From: a virus
Taxonomy: Duplodnaviria; Caudoviricetes
Direction: 5' to 3' (one strand)
DNA length: 25,021 nt
Virus record (IMG/VR): IMGVR_UViG_3300006118_000046
Location: 1-25,021 of that record
In this document: positions 1 through 9,400 of the stretch, piece by piece
Layout of the letters: each line of letters begins with the position of its first letter
Numbering within the stretch: the stretch's first letter is position 1
Position numbers and translations under genes: made by a program
The notes under the pieces: model-generated
Database searches by the model: none
Told to the model about the DNA's origin: nothing
The model's input: only the letters and a program-made list of their open reading frames with translations

Positions 1-29
1 TCGTAGTCGTCCTTTTCGGCATCAGCCAT
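1..29 (-). CDS. 5' end of the next gene (MADAEKDDY..., truncated by the window edge), probably another internal virion protein
   Basis: ATG at 29-27 overlaps the end of the 651-aa gene, with GGAG upstream and an open frame to the edge. An alternative ATG at 22 gives MPKRTTT. Confidence 0.45.
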
Positions 30-1977
30 GTTTCACAAGCTCCGGTCCCTTGGGGCCCATCTTCCAGATGTTCCCCTGCTTGTCCTTGATGGCCTGTCCA
101 GGCTTCAGGCCCTTGAACCTGTCTGCCGGGGGCGGCGTAGGGGATCCAGAGGGAGGTTTGGCAGCAGCTGGAGCAGGCGCGGGCTTTGAGGGATCATATC
201 CCTTCGGCTCCAAGGTCGGGTCGTCCCCGACTGCCTGCATGGTTGCCACCGTTTCCGGCAAAAGACGCCCCAGAAACGCCTCATTTGATCGATGCGTCGT
301 CTGCAGATAGTTCAGCTGCGACGATCGGACCTGTCCAGCCATCAATTTCTTGAGTTGCAACACAACGCCAGCCAACGCTTTTGGGCTGCTAGCGGAATTG
401 AAATTCTTCTGCAGAGATTCGCGGTCATGAACACCGCCAGCGCCCCCAAGGATCGCCTTGTTGACCTCGTCCGACACCAACAGCTTTGTGGTTTCAAAAT
501 CGGCAACCTTCGGGTCGCCAAATTGCGTCGTCAGCTTTTGGGCTGCAAAATTCAGCGCAGGAATGTCACCATTATTCAGTGCAGCAATCGCGTCGTCCAA
601 CACTGCAAGGTGCGAGATCGACGTATTGAACGATTGCAGCATCTGGCCCTGCTTGCCCGTTGCCCATGCGCGATCTGACGACGTTTGCGCGGCTTGTTCA
701 GACAGAAATTGAGAGCGCTCTATTGCAGTCCTGGGACGGCCATCTCTTTCCCCCTCCTGCAACCATGTCTGGTACGCGTCCTGGAGGGCCGTGAGAGGCC
801 GTTGCTGAATTGGGGCCATCTTAGGCCACTTGCCCTGGACCCGCTGACCCGTTGACGCGTTGATCAGTACGCGGTTTTCCTTGTCGTAGATGTAGTCTTC
901 GCCAGTCTCCGTCCCGCGGAACAGTTGGTCGCCCTTGTGGCTGTCCATTGCCGTGACCACACGGGCGATCGGAGCCATGGTCTTTACCAGCATGTCCACG
1001 CGGTGCTGCATGGCCTCTCTGCCTTTACCGTAGTCGGCAGCTAGCTGTTCGTTCTCGCCCCACTGGCTGGCCAAAGCCTCGGCCTGGGCCTTAAATTCGT
1101 TATCTGTGAGGTTAACATCATCGATTAAAGCTTGGTATTGATTGGCTTTTATCGAATTATTCTCAAGAGTGCGCTTCAGATCGTCCATATAGGACTCATG
1201 CGCCTGCTGACGGCGCTCATAGTCGCCTTCCTTCTGCGCATTAGCCGCTGCAGTGATGCCCTGGATGGCGGACAGCGCGTACTTCTTGTTGAAGGCACCC
1301 GAGATGAGCGCGAGCATGGGCAGGAACTGCGTCAAAGCCCGCGCAGGATCGCGGATTTCAGGCAATTGCTCGGCCTTGATCTGGTCATATTTAGGCGTGT
1401 TGGGCCGGCGCTTGAAATTGTCGATCCTGGCCTGCTGGATCTTCTTGAACTCAGGCAGGAGCTCCTTGCGCGTTTGCGCGGCTTCCACGTAAGCCTCGGA
1501 TTCCATCTTCGCGAGCTCACCGGCACGCTGGGCTTCAGGCCCGGTCTCGATCGCCTGAAGGTTCGCCAGCAGCTGCTCACGCGTCATGCCCGCCAGACCG
1601 TACTCAGGGTTCGCGCCCTGGATCAGGTTGGGAGGCGGTTGAGGAGCCTTGGGCTGGGCTCCAAGCTTCTCCATGTGGAGATGCGGAGCCGTGCTGTGCT
1701 GGCCTGCGGGTTCATAGATCTCGCGGTATCCGGGTGCGTTGAAGGCCTTCGCCTGCGCCTCCATCTGCGCCGGATCGCCCGCTACAAAGTCCACGGCCTC
1801 TCCGGACAGATGACTTGATCCCGGAACGCCCTTGACCGCGGCATTGCGCACAGGATCGCGCCGCCCGCTGGTGATGCGCGCGTTGGGGCTCGAGGCTAGT
1901 ACCTGGGCGATGACAGATGGGTCAGCACCATATTGGCTGGCCAGCTGCGCAACGCGAGGATCATCTGTTCCGTCCAT
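22..1977 (-). CDS. Internal virion / DNA-ejection protein with N-terminal peptidase M15 (LAS-type Zn peptidase) domain
   Basis: ITSGRRDPVRNAAVKGVPGSSHLSGEAVDF matches the SxHxxGxAxD motif, followed by PHLHME (HxH). The rest is helical and Gln/Ala-rich with a Pro-rich C-terminus. It follows the other ejection-type genes. Confidence 0.8.
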   Translation of the reverse strand: MDGTDDPRVAQLASQYGADPSVIAQVLASSPNARITSGRRDPVRNAAVKGVPGSSHLSGEAVDFVAGDPAQMEAQAKAFNAPGYREIYEPAGQHSTAPHLHMEKLGAQPKAPQPPPNLIQGANPEYGLAGMTREQLLANLQAIETGPEAQRAGELAKMESEAYVEAAQTRKELLPEFKKIQQARIDNFKRRPNTPKYDQIKAEQLPEIRDPARALTQFLPMLALISGAFNKKYALSAIQGITAAANAQKEGDYERRQQAHESYMDDLKRTLENNSIKANQYQALIDDVNLTDNEFKAQAEALASQWGENEQLAADYGKGREAMQHRVDMLVKTMAPIARVVTAMDSHKGDQLFRGTETGEDYIYDKENRVLINASTGQRVQGKWPKMAPIQQRPLTALQDAYQTWLQEGERDGRPRTAIERSQFLSEQAAQTSSDRAWATGKQGQMLQSFNTSISHLAVLDDAIAALNNGDIPALNFAAQKLTTQFGDPKVADFETTKLLVSDEVNKAILGGAGGVHDRESLQKNFNSASSPKALAGVVLQLKKLMAGQVRSSQLNYLQTTHRSNEAFLGRLLPETVATMQAVGDDPTLEPKGYDPSKPAPAPAAAKPPSGSPTPPPADRFKGLKPGQAIKDKQGNIWKMGPKGPELVKHG

Positions 1978-1986
1978 AGCGGGCCC

Positions 1987-3093
1987 TTATGGGGTTTGCT
2001 GCTTGTTGTAGTTTGCGGGATTGCCCATCCCCAGAGCTTGGAACAGCGAAGCCAGGGACTGGTTGAACTGCCCGCTCTGCTGCTGCTCAAGCTTCAAGAG
2101 ATTGCTCAGATAGTTCTGGGTGTCGGTGTCGTACGCGCCCATCAGTTTGGCGTCCTGCGCCAGATTGGCCTGGGCCTCGTCGAACTGCTGCTTGTTGATC
2201 GCGGTATCCACAGCCTGCAGATCCGCGTTCTGGGCGCTCAGGATGCCCCCAGGCTGGCTCAGGATGCGCGCGCGAGCCTGCTGACGCTCGAGATCCAGAG
2301 CGGCCTGCTGGGCCGGTGAAACGCCACCAGCTTGGTCAGTGTTGACGCGGTTCTGATACAGGGCCTGCTGGTTCCTGGCATTGTCCAGTTGGTGCTGCAT
2401 CTGCTTCTGCAGGGGATTGGGCTGCATCGCGTTCATCAGGTTCACACCCGTCAGAGCCGTAGACAGCTCCCGCGGGATGTTTTTCGGGTCCATCAAGCCC
2501 TGCACAAGAGAGTGCATCATGTCGGGTTGCGCAGCGCCCGTAGCAGCGCCTGGGGCTGCGGTAGGGCTCAGGCCAGCCATGTAATTCCCCGCCCCGCCAG
2601 ACGTCGTCGGTTGCACGTCTTGAACTTTGAGCGGCGCACCAGTGCTGCCTGGAGCATTTGGATCATAAGAGGGAGCGCTCCCGGTCACTGGGCCAATGTT
2701 GAAACCCGTTCCAGAATTGGCCCCAGAAGCACCCGGAAGAGCGTCCGCCATGGCCGTGGAAATGCCTCCAATGCCCCCTGCGCCCCCTGCTCCGGGGATT
2801 TGAGGCGCGGTGACAGGCGTATTCAGGCCCGCGCCCAGATTTCCTTGAGCGGCAGACAGGCCTTGGTTCAGCGCTGCCGGCATTTGCGTCCCGCCAAGGC
2901 TCTTCGCTACGCCAGCTGCGTCTGCAGCGGATCCCGTGATGGGCCCACCGGCTGCTCCGCTCTCGTATGCAGAGGGCCCGCCCCCAAACATGCTGCCAAT
3001 CGCGTTGGCGCCGCTGTTGAACGCGCCACCGATCGCGTTTTCAGCCCCGGTGAACATGCTTCCAAGCGAGTTCAGTACGTTTGCGTCTGCCAC
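1987..3093 (-). CDS. Putative DNA-ejection (internal virion) protein, Gly/Ala-rich N-half and Gln-rich helical C-half
   Basis: 368-aa ORF, GTG start overlapping the upstream TAG; composition and position match podovirus ejection proteins. Confidence 0.65.
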   Translation of the reverse strand: MADANVLNSLGSMFTGAENAIGGAFNSGANAIGSMFGGGPSAYESGAAGGPITGSAADAAGVAKSLGGTQMPAALNQGLSAAQGNLGAGLNTPVTAPQIPGAGGAGGIGGISTAMADALPGASGANSGTGFNIGPVTGSAPSYDPNAPGSTGAPLKVQDVQPTTSGGAGNYMAGLSPTAAPGAATGAAQPDMMHSLVQGLMDPKNIPRELSTALTGVNLMNAMQPNPLQKQMQHQLDNARNQQALYQNRVNTDQAGGVSPAQQAALDLERQQARARILSQPGGILSAQNADLQAVDTAINKQQFDEAQANLAQDAKLMGAYDTDTQNYLSNLLKLEQQQSGQFNQSLASLFQALGMGNPANYNKQQTP

Positions 3094-3773
3094 TAGATGC
3101 TCCTCGACTGCTGTTGCATGCCCGGTTGAGCTCCGGATTGCATGCCGGATCCGGACGTGCCGGCACCGGACGCCTGCTGGCTGGACGAGCCCACCGGCGG
3201 GCCCTGGTTGGATTGGACGTAAGGGTAGATCTTCGGCGCGGTGCCGCCTTGGATATCAAGACCACCAGCCCCAAGGCCTGGGCCCGCGCCACCGCCCGCG
3301 CCCGCAAGCCCGCCCTTGGCCGCAGGGGTCAGTCCGGGTTGCGTAGAAGCCGGTGCTTGCGCGGATGCATCCCTTAGTCCCAAAGAGCTGAAGAGGGGTT
3401 GAGCCCCGGCACCCAGAGCCGCGTTTGCACCCAAACTCGTTCCAAATTGAGCGGCCTTGCCAGCAGCCTGTGCAAAGTCTGATGCGCCTTGCGCGCTGGC
3501 CATCGTGGCTGGGTTATCAAGACCAGCCATGACCGTCTCTGAAGTCGGCGCGAGCGCATTTGTGGTTGCTTCGCCTGCGGCCTTGCCAAGCCCGCTGGTC
3601 AAAGCAGGAGCTCCAGCAGCCACCGCGCTCAGCGCAGCCGACAGAAGGTCTCCCCGGCTGGCCTCGTCAGTGCCTGCGATTGCATTGCCGGCAATCGGAG
3701 CCCACTGAAATCCAGGAACGAACCCCGCAACATCAGAGATGATGCTGATCGCTTCATCGAATGTCTTGCCCAT
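3093..3773 (-). CDS. Putative small ejection/pilot protein (positional analogue of P22 gp7 / T7 gp14)
   Basis: 226 aa, Gly/Ala-rich with a hydrophobic N-terminus (VAGFVPGFQWAPIAGNAIAG), directly after the GNAT-like gene. Confidence 0.6.
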   Translation of the reverse strand: MGKTFDEAISIISDVAGFVPGFQWAPIAGNAIAGTDEASRGDLLSAALSAVAAGAPALTSGLGKAAGEATTNALAPTSETVMAGLDNPATMASAQGASDFAQAAGKAAQFGTSLGANAALGAGAQPLFSSLGLRDASAQAPASTQPGLTPAAKGGLAGAGGGAGPGLGAGGLDIQGGTAPKIYPYVQSNQGPPVGSSSQQASGAGTSGSGMQSGAQPGMQQQSRSI

Positions 3774-4176
3774 TGGTCACCACATAGCTGGCCCGATCGA
3801 GCGTAGCCCCAACCCGTCTGGCAAGCGGTGCAAGGTTGGCACCCGTGTCCTCGCCAAAATGATAAGTCGTCGCGCCGCGATCTTTCAGAGCCCACTTTAC
3901 CATGTAGCGAAGCAGCGCGCACGGCTCATATCCAGACCCGCTTGTCGAGGCGAGAAACACCATCACACCCCTGCGCTTGGAAGGAGCCCAGAACGGCGCT
4001 GAGACGCCTGAAATACCGAACGAGCGCTCTCCTACAGCAATGAGAACGTCGGGGTTCTGGAGGGCTCTGAGAGCCCACTGGCGGCATTCTTCTTGGTCGA
4101 TCTGATATTCGGGATAGGCCTCGCGCGAGATCTCCAGGATGCGCTCCAGGTCATCAGGCGTGGCGGTTCTGATCAT
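3754..4176 (-). CDS. GNAT-fold acetyltransferase-like protein
   Basis: Start reassigned to the ATG overlapping the upstream stop (TGATG). MIRTATPDDLERILEI is a typical GNAT N-terminus and LLRYMVKWALKDRGA resembles the motif A helix. GNAT-like genes commonly precede podovirus ejection genes. Confidence 0.65.
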   Translation of the reverse strand: MIRTATPDDLERILEISREAYPEYQIDQEECRQWALRALQNPDVLIAVGERSFGISGVSAPFWAPSKRRGVMVFLASTSGSGYEPCALLRYMVKWALKDRGATTYHFGEDTGANLAPLARRVGATLDRASYVVTNGQDIR

Positions 4177-4928
4177 CAGTAGCTCGGATACCATTTAGCG
4201 GTGGTGGCATCATACGTCATGATGAGCGCCTTGCTCACCACTGCCGTTGACGCCACGGCAATGTTCCCCGTGATGCCGGTCGTAAATATGCCGGTCGGGA
4301 TCAATGTGATCTGGCCACCCGTGCCCGAAATGGGAGACGGGGCCGTGATGGTGTTGATGGTTGTCGTTCCAGACACAAACGAGATTGGCGCGGTGGGCGC
4401 GATCGTGGAGGCCGATGCAACAGTCGGAGCGGCAGATCCGGTTGCAACAACACCGCTGATCGTAGGCGTCGTGATGGTCGGGGACGAGCCGGTGATCAGC
4501 GTGCCACCCGTGGGCAGGGTCACATTGGTAGAGCCCACAGCAGTGAACTCAATTGCATAGCCATTCGCGGTCTGGAGCGTCGATCCGCTGGCCAGATTCA
4601 AGGTAGCGCCCGACGTGGACGTGATCGCCAGGCCATTGACGGACGTTGCAGTAGCAGCACCCAGAGACGGCGTCGTCAGGGTCGGGCTGCTGGACAGAAC
4701 CACCGAACCCGAACCCGTTGAGCTCGTCACCCCGGTGCCGCCGTTGGTCACAGCCAACGTCCCGGTGGCATTGGCCACGGGGATGCTGGTGCAGTTGGTC
4801 AGCGTTCCAGACGCGGGCGTACCCAGTGCAGGCGTAACAAGCGTCGGAGAGGTGGCCAGAACCACACTGCCAGATCCGGTGGTCGTTCCATTACCGTAAA
4901 GCTTGGGAGGAATGGCAGGAGCGCTCAT
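4176..4928 (-). CDS. Short fibre-like structural protein sharing shaft repeats with the long fibre
   Basis: TGSGSVVLATSPTLVTPALGTPASGTLTNCT and GTLAVTNGGTG repeats also occur in 6485..9982; C-terminus MTYDATTAKWY resembles a small beta tip domain. Confidence 0.7.
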   Translation of the reverse strand: MSAPAIPPKLYGNGTTTGSGSVVLATSPTLVTPALGTPASGTLTNCTSIPVANATGTLAVTNGGTGVTSSTGSGSVVLSSSPTLTTPSLGAATATSVNGLAITSTSGATLNLASGSTLQTANGYAIEFTAVGSTNVTLPTGGTLITGSSPTITTPTISGVVATGSAAPTVASASTIAPTAPISFVSGTTTINTITAPSPISGTGGQITLIPTGIFTTGITGNIAVASTAVVSKALIMTYDATTAKWYPSY

Positions 4929-4929
4929 G

Positions 4930-5598
4930 TTAGTTCCCCGTCACATAGACTGTGTCACCGCCAGTGCCGATGATCCACACCGCATTGGCATTGGTCACCC
5001 CATAGCTGATCGACTGACCCGGCAGGAGCGCATAACCATTGGCCGTCGTCAGCGTCGAGGGGCCAACATAGGTGGTGCCCGTGTTGGTGGACTTGGCGGT
5101 GATCACAATACCATTGGAAAGCGCTTGAGCGGTCAGTGCGGTGGCCGAGGTGGTCACGCTCTGTTGCGCGGAATAGATGGTCGAGGGATTGGTCAGATAG
5201 CCGATCGTGCTTGTGCTGTTGTTCAGCGACACCGACCAGGTGCCAGACTGCACCACGCTGGCATTCAGATTCGCAGCCGTGCCCTGCACCACCGTGGCGT
5301 TCAGACTTGAGGCGGTGGCCTGCGTTGCTGCAAATGACGTGTTGGTAATCGAACCGATTGCGTTGGTTCCAGCCGGCAACGCCGGCAGGCTCGTGACCTG
5401 GGTGGCGAACGTGCCCGTACCCACTACGGTTGCGTTGAGGTTCGCAGCCGTCGATTGCGCAGCGCTGACGCTGATAGAAGATTGATCGGATGCTATCACC
5501 ACCGGCAGGCTGTTGCCCGACGTGGCCTGACCCGCGTTCGGCAAGGTGTTGATGGTTTGGCCCACACCGGGCGTTACCGTGACCGTAGGGAATGCCAT
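4930..5598 (-). CDS. Thr/Ser/Ala-rich virion structural protein (fibre or decoration-like)
   Basis: 222 aa, TAAGGAG SD; internal repeat Q-x-TAANLNATVV three times; beta-rich C-terminal domain. Confidence 0.6.
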   Translation of the reverse strand: MAFPTVTVTPGVGQTINTLPNAGQATSGNSLPVVIASDQSSISVSAAQSTAANLNATVVGTGTFATQVTSLPALPAGTNAIGSITNTSFAATQATASSLNATVVQGTAANLNASVVQSGTWSVSLNNSTSTIGYLTNPSTIYSAQQSVTTSATALTAQALSNGIVITAKSTNTGTTYVGPSTLTTANGYALLPGQSISYGVTNANAVWIIGTGGDTVYVTGN

Positions 5599-5607
5599 GT
5601 CGGCTCC

Positions 5608-6483
5608 TTAGAGGATGATGCCAATGTTGCCAGAGTTGCCGGCAACGGAGAAATCAAGCGAAGTTGCGCCCACAACACCGGCCAGAACAGGCGATGAGGG
5701 GGGCGAAACAGTGGTTTCTATACCATTCGGACCAAGGATGATCACAACCAACGTCAAGATCGAACCCACGTCGGCGTTCGTTGGTTTGTACGTCAACGAT
5801 GTGGCACCGGAAATGGGGTAGCTGTTCTTGTACCATTGGTACGAAATCGAGAATGGCGGGTTCGCCCACACTGGAGGCGTCACAGATACCGGCAAATTGA
5901 TATACGGAGATCCATTGATCACCGGATAGGACACGATCGTCGCTGCGGAATCTGGAAGGTTCTGCACATAGAGCGGATTGCCCTGTTGATCCGTAACGAC
6001 ATTGGAAGCCTGCGTCAGAATCTGCAGATTGTAGTTCAGATCAATAAATGTGCCGTCTTGGGTGGTCACATATTGGTTGCCCAGAGAGCCCAACACAGTG
6101 GCAGCAGATGCCACGAAAATTGAGAACTGCTGGCTAGCCCCCACGCGTCCGTCCGCGCTCCTGGCATTGATCAGGATTCCGCCGATCAGCTGGCTATCCA
6201 CCGTGTAGATATATGGCGTTCCGCTCACCACTCCGGTCGAGGAATTGATTGTCAGTCCATTAGGCAGGCCTGACGCGTAGTAATAGTATGGAGCCTTGCC
6301 TCCAGAGGCGACCGCAGTGAACGGCGTGTAGACCTGGCCTGAGACCGCCACCGGCGACGGATTACAAGTGACTTTCACGCGCGCCGAACCAACGAGCTTG
6401 GTAGCTCGCATGTCAAATTTCACATTCTCCCGCTTCCAGGAGGTATGCGAAAAATCATGCAGCGTTCGGTACGCGTCGGTCAT
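5608..6483 (-). CDS. Virion protein with two Ig-like domains
   Basis: ASGGKAPYYYYASGLPNGLTINSSTGVVSGTP fits the He_PIG putative-Ig pattern; SYQWYKNSYPISGATSLTYKPTNADVGSILTLVV fits a second Ig-like domain. Confidence 0.75.
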   Translation of the reverse strand: MTDAYRTLHDFSHTSWKRENVKFDMRATKLVGSARVKVTCNPSPVAVSGQVYTPFTAVASGGKAPYYYYASGLPNGLTINSSTGVVSGTPYIYTVDSQLIGGILINARSADGRVGASQQFSIFVASAATVLGSLGNQYVTTQDGTFIDLNYNLQILTQASNVVTDQQGNPLYVQNLPDSAATIVSYPVINGSPYINLPVSVTPPVWANPPFSISYQWYKNSYPISGATSLTYKPTNADVGSILTLVVIILGPNGIETTVSPPSSPVLAGVVGATSLDFSVAGNSGNIGIIL

Positions 6484-6484
6484 T

Positions 6485-9400
6485 TTATGATGTCACGTAG
6501 GTTGAAGTGATAATGTTGTTACCGATGAAGTACGTCGTGCCGCTGGTGCCCCCGGCAACATTTTGGATGCGCCCCAAAGTGTTACCGCTGAAATCGTTGT
6601 TTTGGATTATGTAGTTCGTAGTGGCAGAATTAGTAAGGATAATTCCGAATCCTTGAGTATTATTGATGGTACTGCCATCTGTACCATTGTACGTGGGGCC
6701 ACTTCTTGTTCCTGTGATGGTGTAATTATTGCCTCCAACAATAGTTATTCCGTGGTTAGATCCAGCCGAAGCGGAAGAGTTTCCGGACACAATACAATTT
6801 GCAATTCTTACGTCAAAGGCTCCTGTATCGCATAAAATTCCGTGACCTGTGTTGGCCAAAATAGCGCAATTGTTTAGATTGACGCTTTTCACGTTTTTCA
6901 AATACATGCCACTGTTTTGCATGGAACTTGACCAGCAATTAGACAAGAAAACTCTAGACAGAAATTGGTTTGTTCCATCAATCAAATAACCCGGTTGAGT
7001 AGATGATGGACCGCCGGCTCCATCCGCAAACACATTTGTCATGAATACGTTTGCCAAATAGGATCGACTCGACAATGTCGTCATATTGATAGGAATAAAA
7101 AACCCAGCAACATTACAATCGCTGACGATAACGGTGTCGCCAGAAACAAGATTGATGCCTGCGCCCGTGCTGCTGGTTGTTCCTTGGAGATCGCACCCAG
7201 AAATGGTCATAATTCCGTATTGTTGCGCAGGCGGCACACTGGGGGACACATCAATCGTGAACCCCGTGCCCGTCATGGCCAATCCAGTGCAATTTCTTGC
7301 TCCCGAATTTACGCAACCAGCGCCCCAAAATACCAAATTGTATCCGTTGATGAATTTTATTCTTTCTATAAGCGCCGTGCATCCCGTGAAACTTAAGTAA
7401 AATCCGGCTGTTACGCCGCCCGCAAATGGGTAAAAAACTGTGAAATCTCTAATTAGAATTTGCCCATTTGATGCACTGAACAAATTCCCAGTGGTTGAGG
7501 TGGATTGCAAAAATGCTTGGCCAAGCCCGCTCATGGTCAAGCGACCAGTGCCCGACCAAGTCAGTCCGGTGCACTTGTAAACTCCAGCAGGAAAAATGAG
7601 TTCAAGATTTCCTGTTGTGTTGGAATTAAGCGCTGCTTGAATCGCAGTGGAACAATCGGTAGTGCCGGTGTTATCCGCTCCAAAATCAAGAACGCTTACA
7701 AAATCACCAAGTTTTGCATTCGTGCCTCGAGACGTGGCTCCCGTCAAAGTGCTTGTATAGGTCGCGTTTGCAAGCGTGCTTTGGGCCAGTGTTCCTGAGG
7801 TAGGCAGCGTCACCGATGTTGTGCCGGTGGTTGTCAGAGTGGTTGAGAAGCCACCAGCAAACGACACTGCCTGGCCAAGCGTCAGCGTCGATCCTGACGA
7901 ATTAGAAATGCCGGTGCCGCCATTGGTAGGCGACAGGGTTCCCGTCACGCCAGTAGAAAGCGGCAAGCCGGTTGCATTGGTAAGAGTGCCTGAGGACGGC
8001 GTACCAAGCGCGCCACCATTGACAACAAAAGATCCGGCAGTGCCGGTGTTGACGCCTAGGGCTGTGGCAACGCCCGTGCCCAATCCCGACACGCCCGTTG
8101 AAACCGGCAGGCCTGTTGCATTGGTTAGCGTTCCCGAAGACGGAGTACCAAGCGCGCCATTGAAAACAACAGGAGCTCCAGCAGAGCCAACCGCATTACC
8201 GAGGGCGGTAGCAACACCAGTACCCAAACCCGACACGCCGGTCGAAATTGGCAAGCCCGTTGCATTCGTAAGCGTGCCAGAAGATGGCGTGCCCAGAACT
8301 CCACCATTGACCACAACCGCGCCGGCAGATCCAACATTGACCCCGAGGGCCGTTTGAACCCCTGTTCCAAGACCCGAAAGAGCGGAGGATGGAATGGTCG
8401 TGGATGCCGACATGGCACCCGTTCCGTTGCCGTAAACGTAGCCCGTCAGAGTAGCAACGCCTGTGCCTCCGGAAGCCACTCCTAACGTGCCTCCGAGGGT
8501 CAGCGTTCCAGACCCCGTAATGGGACCACCGCTAAACGACAGACCTGTGGTGCCTCCAGACGCCTGGACGCTCGTCACCGATCCGGTAGCGTTGATCGTG
8601 ATGGATCCAGCACCGTTAGTGATCGAGGAGATATTGGTCCCTGCCGTGAGCGTGGAGAGTGCAAATCCGGACCCCGTCGAACCAATGAGAAGTTGTCCAT
8701 TGGTCGGATTGGTCGCGTTTCCAGTGCCTCCATTCACAATTGGAAGCGTTCCCGTAACACCAGAACCGCCCGTAAGAACCAGTCCAGAACAATTTGTCAG
8801 CGTTCCAGAGTTGGGCGTGCCAAGATTAGGCGTGACAAGGGTCGGCGTTGTGGCAAGTACGACGCTTCCCGTACCCGTCGATGTGGTGGTGCCGGTTCCG
8901 CCGTTGGCAACATTGAGTGTGCCGCCAAGCGTGATCGTGCCTGCGCCAACGATCGGCCCTCCACTGGTTGTCAGACCAGTGGATCCACCTGATACACTGA
9001 CGCTAGTAACCGTACCACCGCCAGGCGACCAGCTGAGAGTGGCGGGATTGTTTCCATCCGTGACCAACGTGTACCCATTGGATCCGGTGGTGCTGGGAAG
9101 CGTGAACGTGACATTTCCCGCCGCTGATGCCGGCTGAAGCGTGACCGTTCCGGAGCTTGCACCATTAAATACAATCTTGGTGTTGATGCTGGGACTGGTA
9201 AGCGTGGGACTGTTGGACAGCACAACGGACGAGCTCGTATTGCCCGTGGACGTGGTGACGCCCGTTCCGCCATTCGCCACCGCAACGGTGCCGGTGACAT
9301 TCGCTGCATTGCCGCTGATGTTTCCGCTGATCGCGGTTCCAGGAATACTCGTGGAGGCGGTAGCAGCGCTGGTGCCGTTACCATACACGTAACCCGTCAA

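Noticed and set aside
7943-8374. CRISPR-like periodicity
   Set aside because: Repeats are in-frame 144-nt coding units with no constant repeat plus unique spacer pattern.
4760-8890. Possible diversity-generating retroelement TR/VR pair between the two fibre genes
   Set aside because: Similarity is at protein level with differences at all bases, not adenine-specific; no reverse transcriptase in the window.
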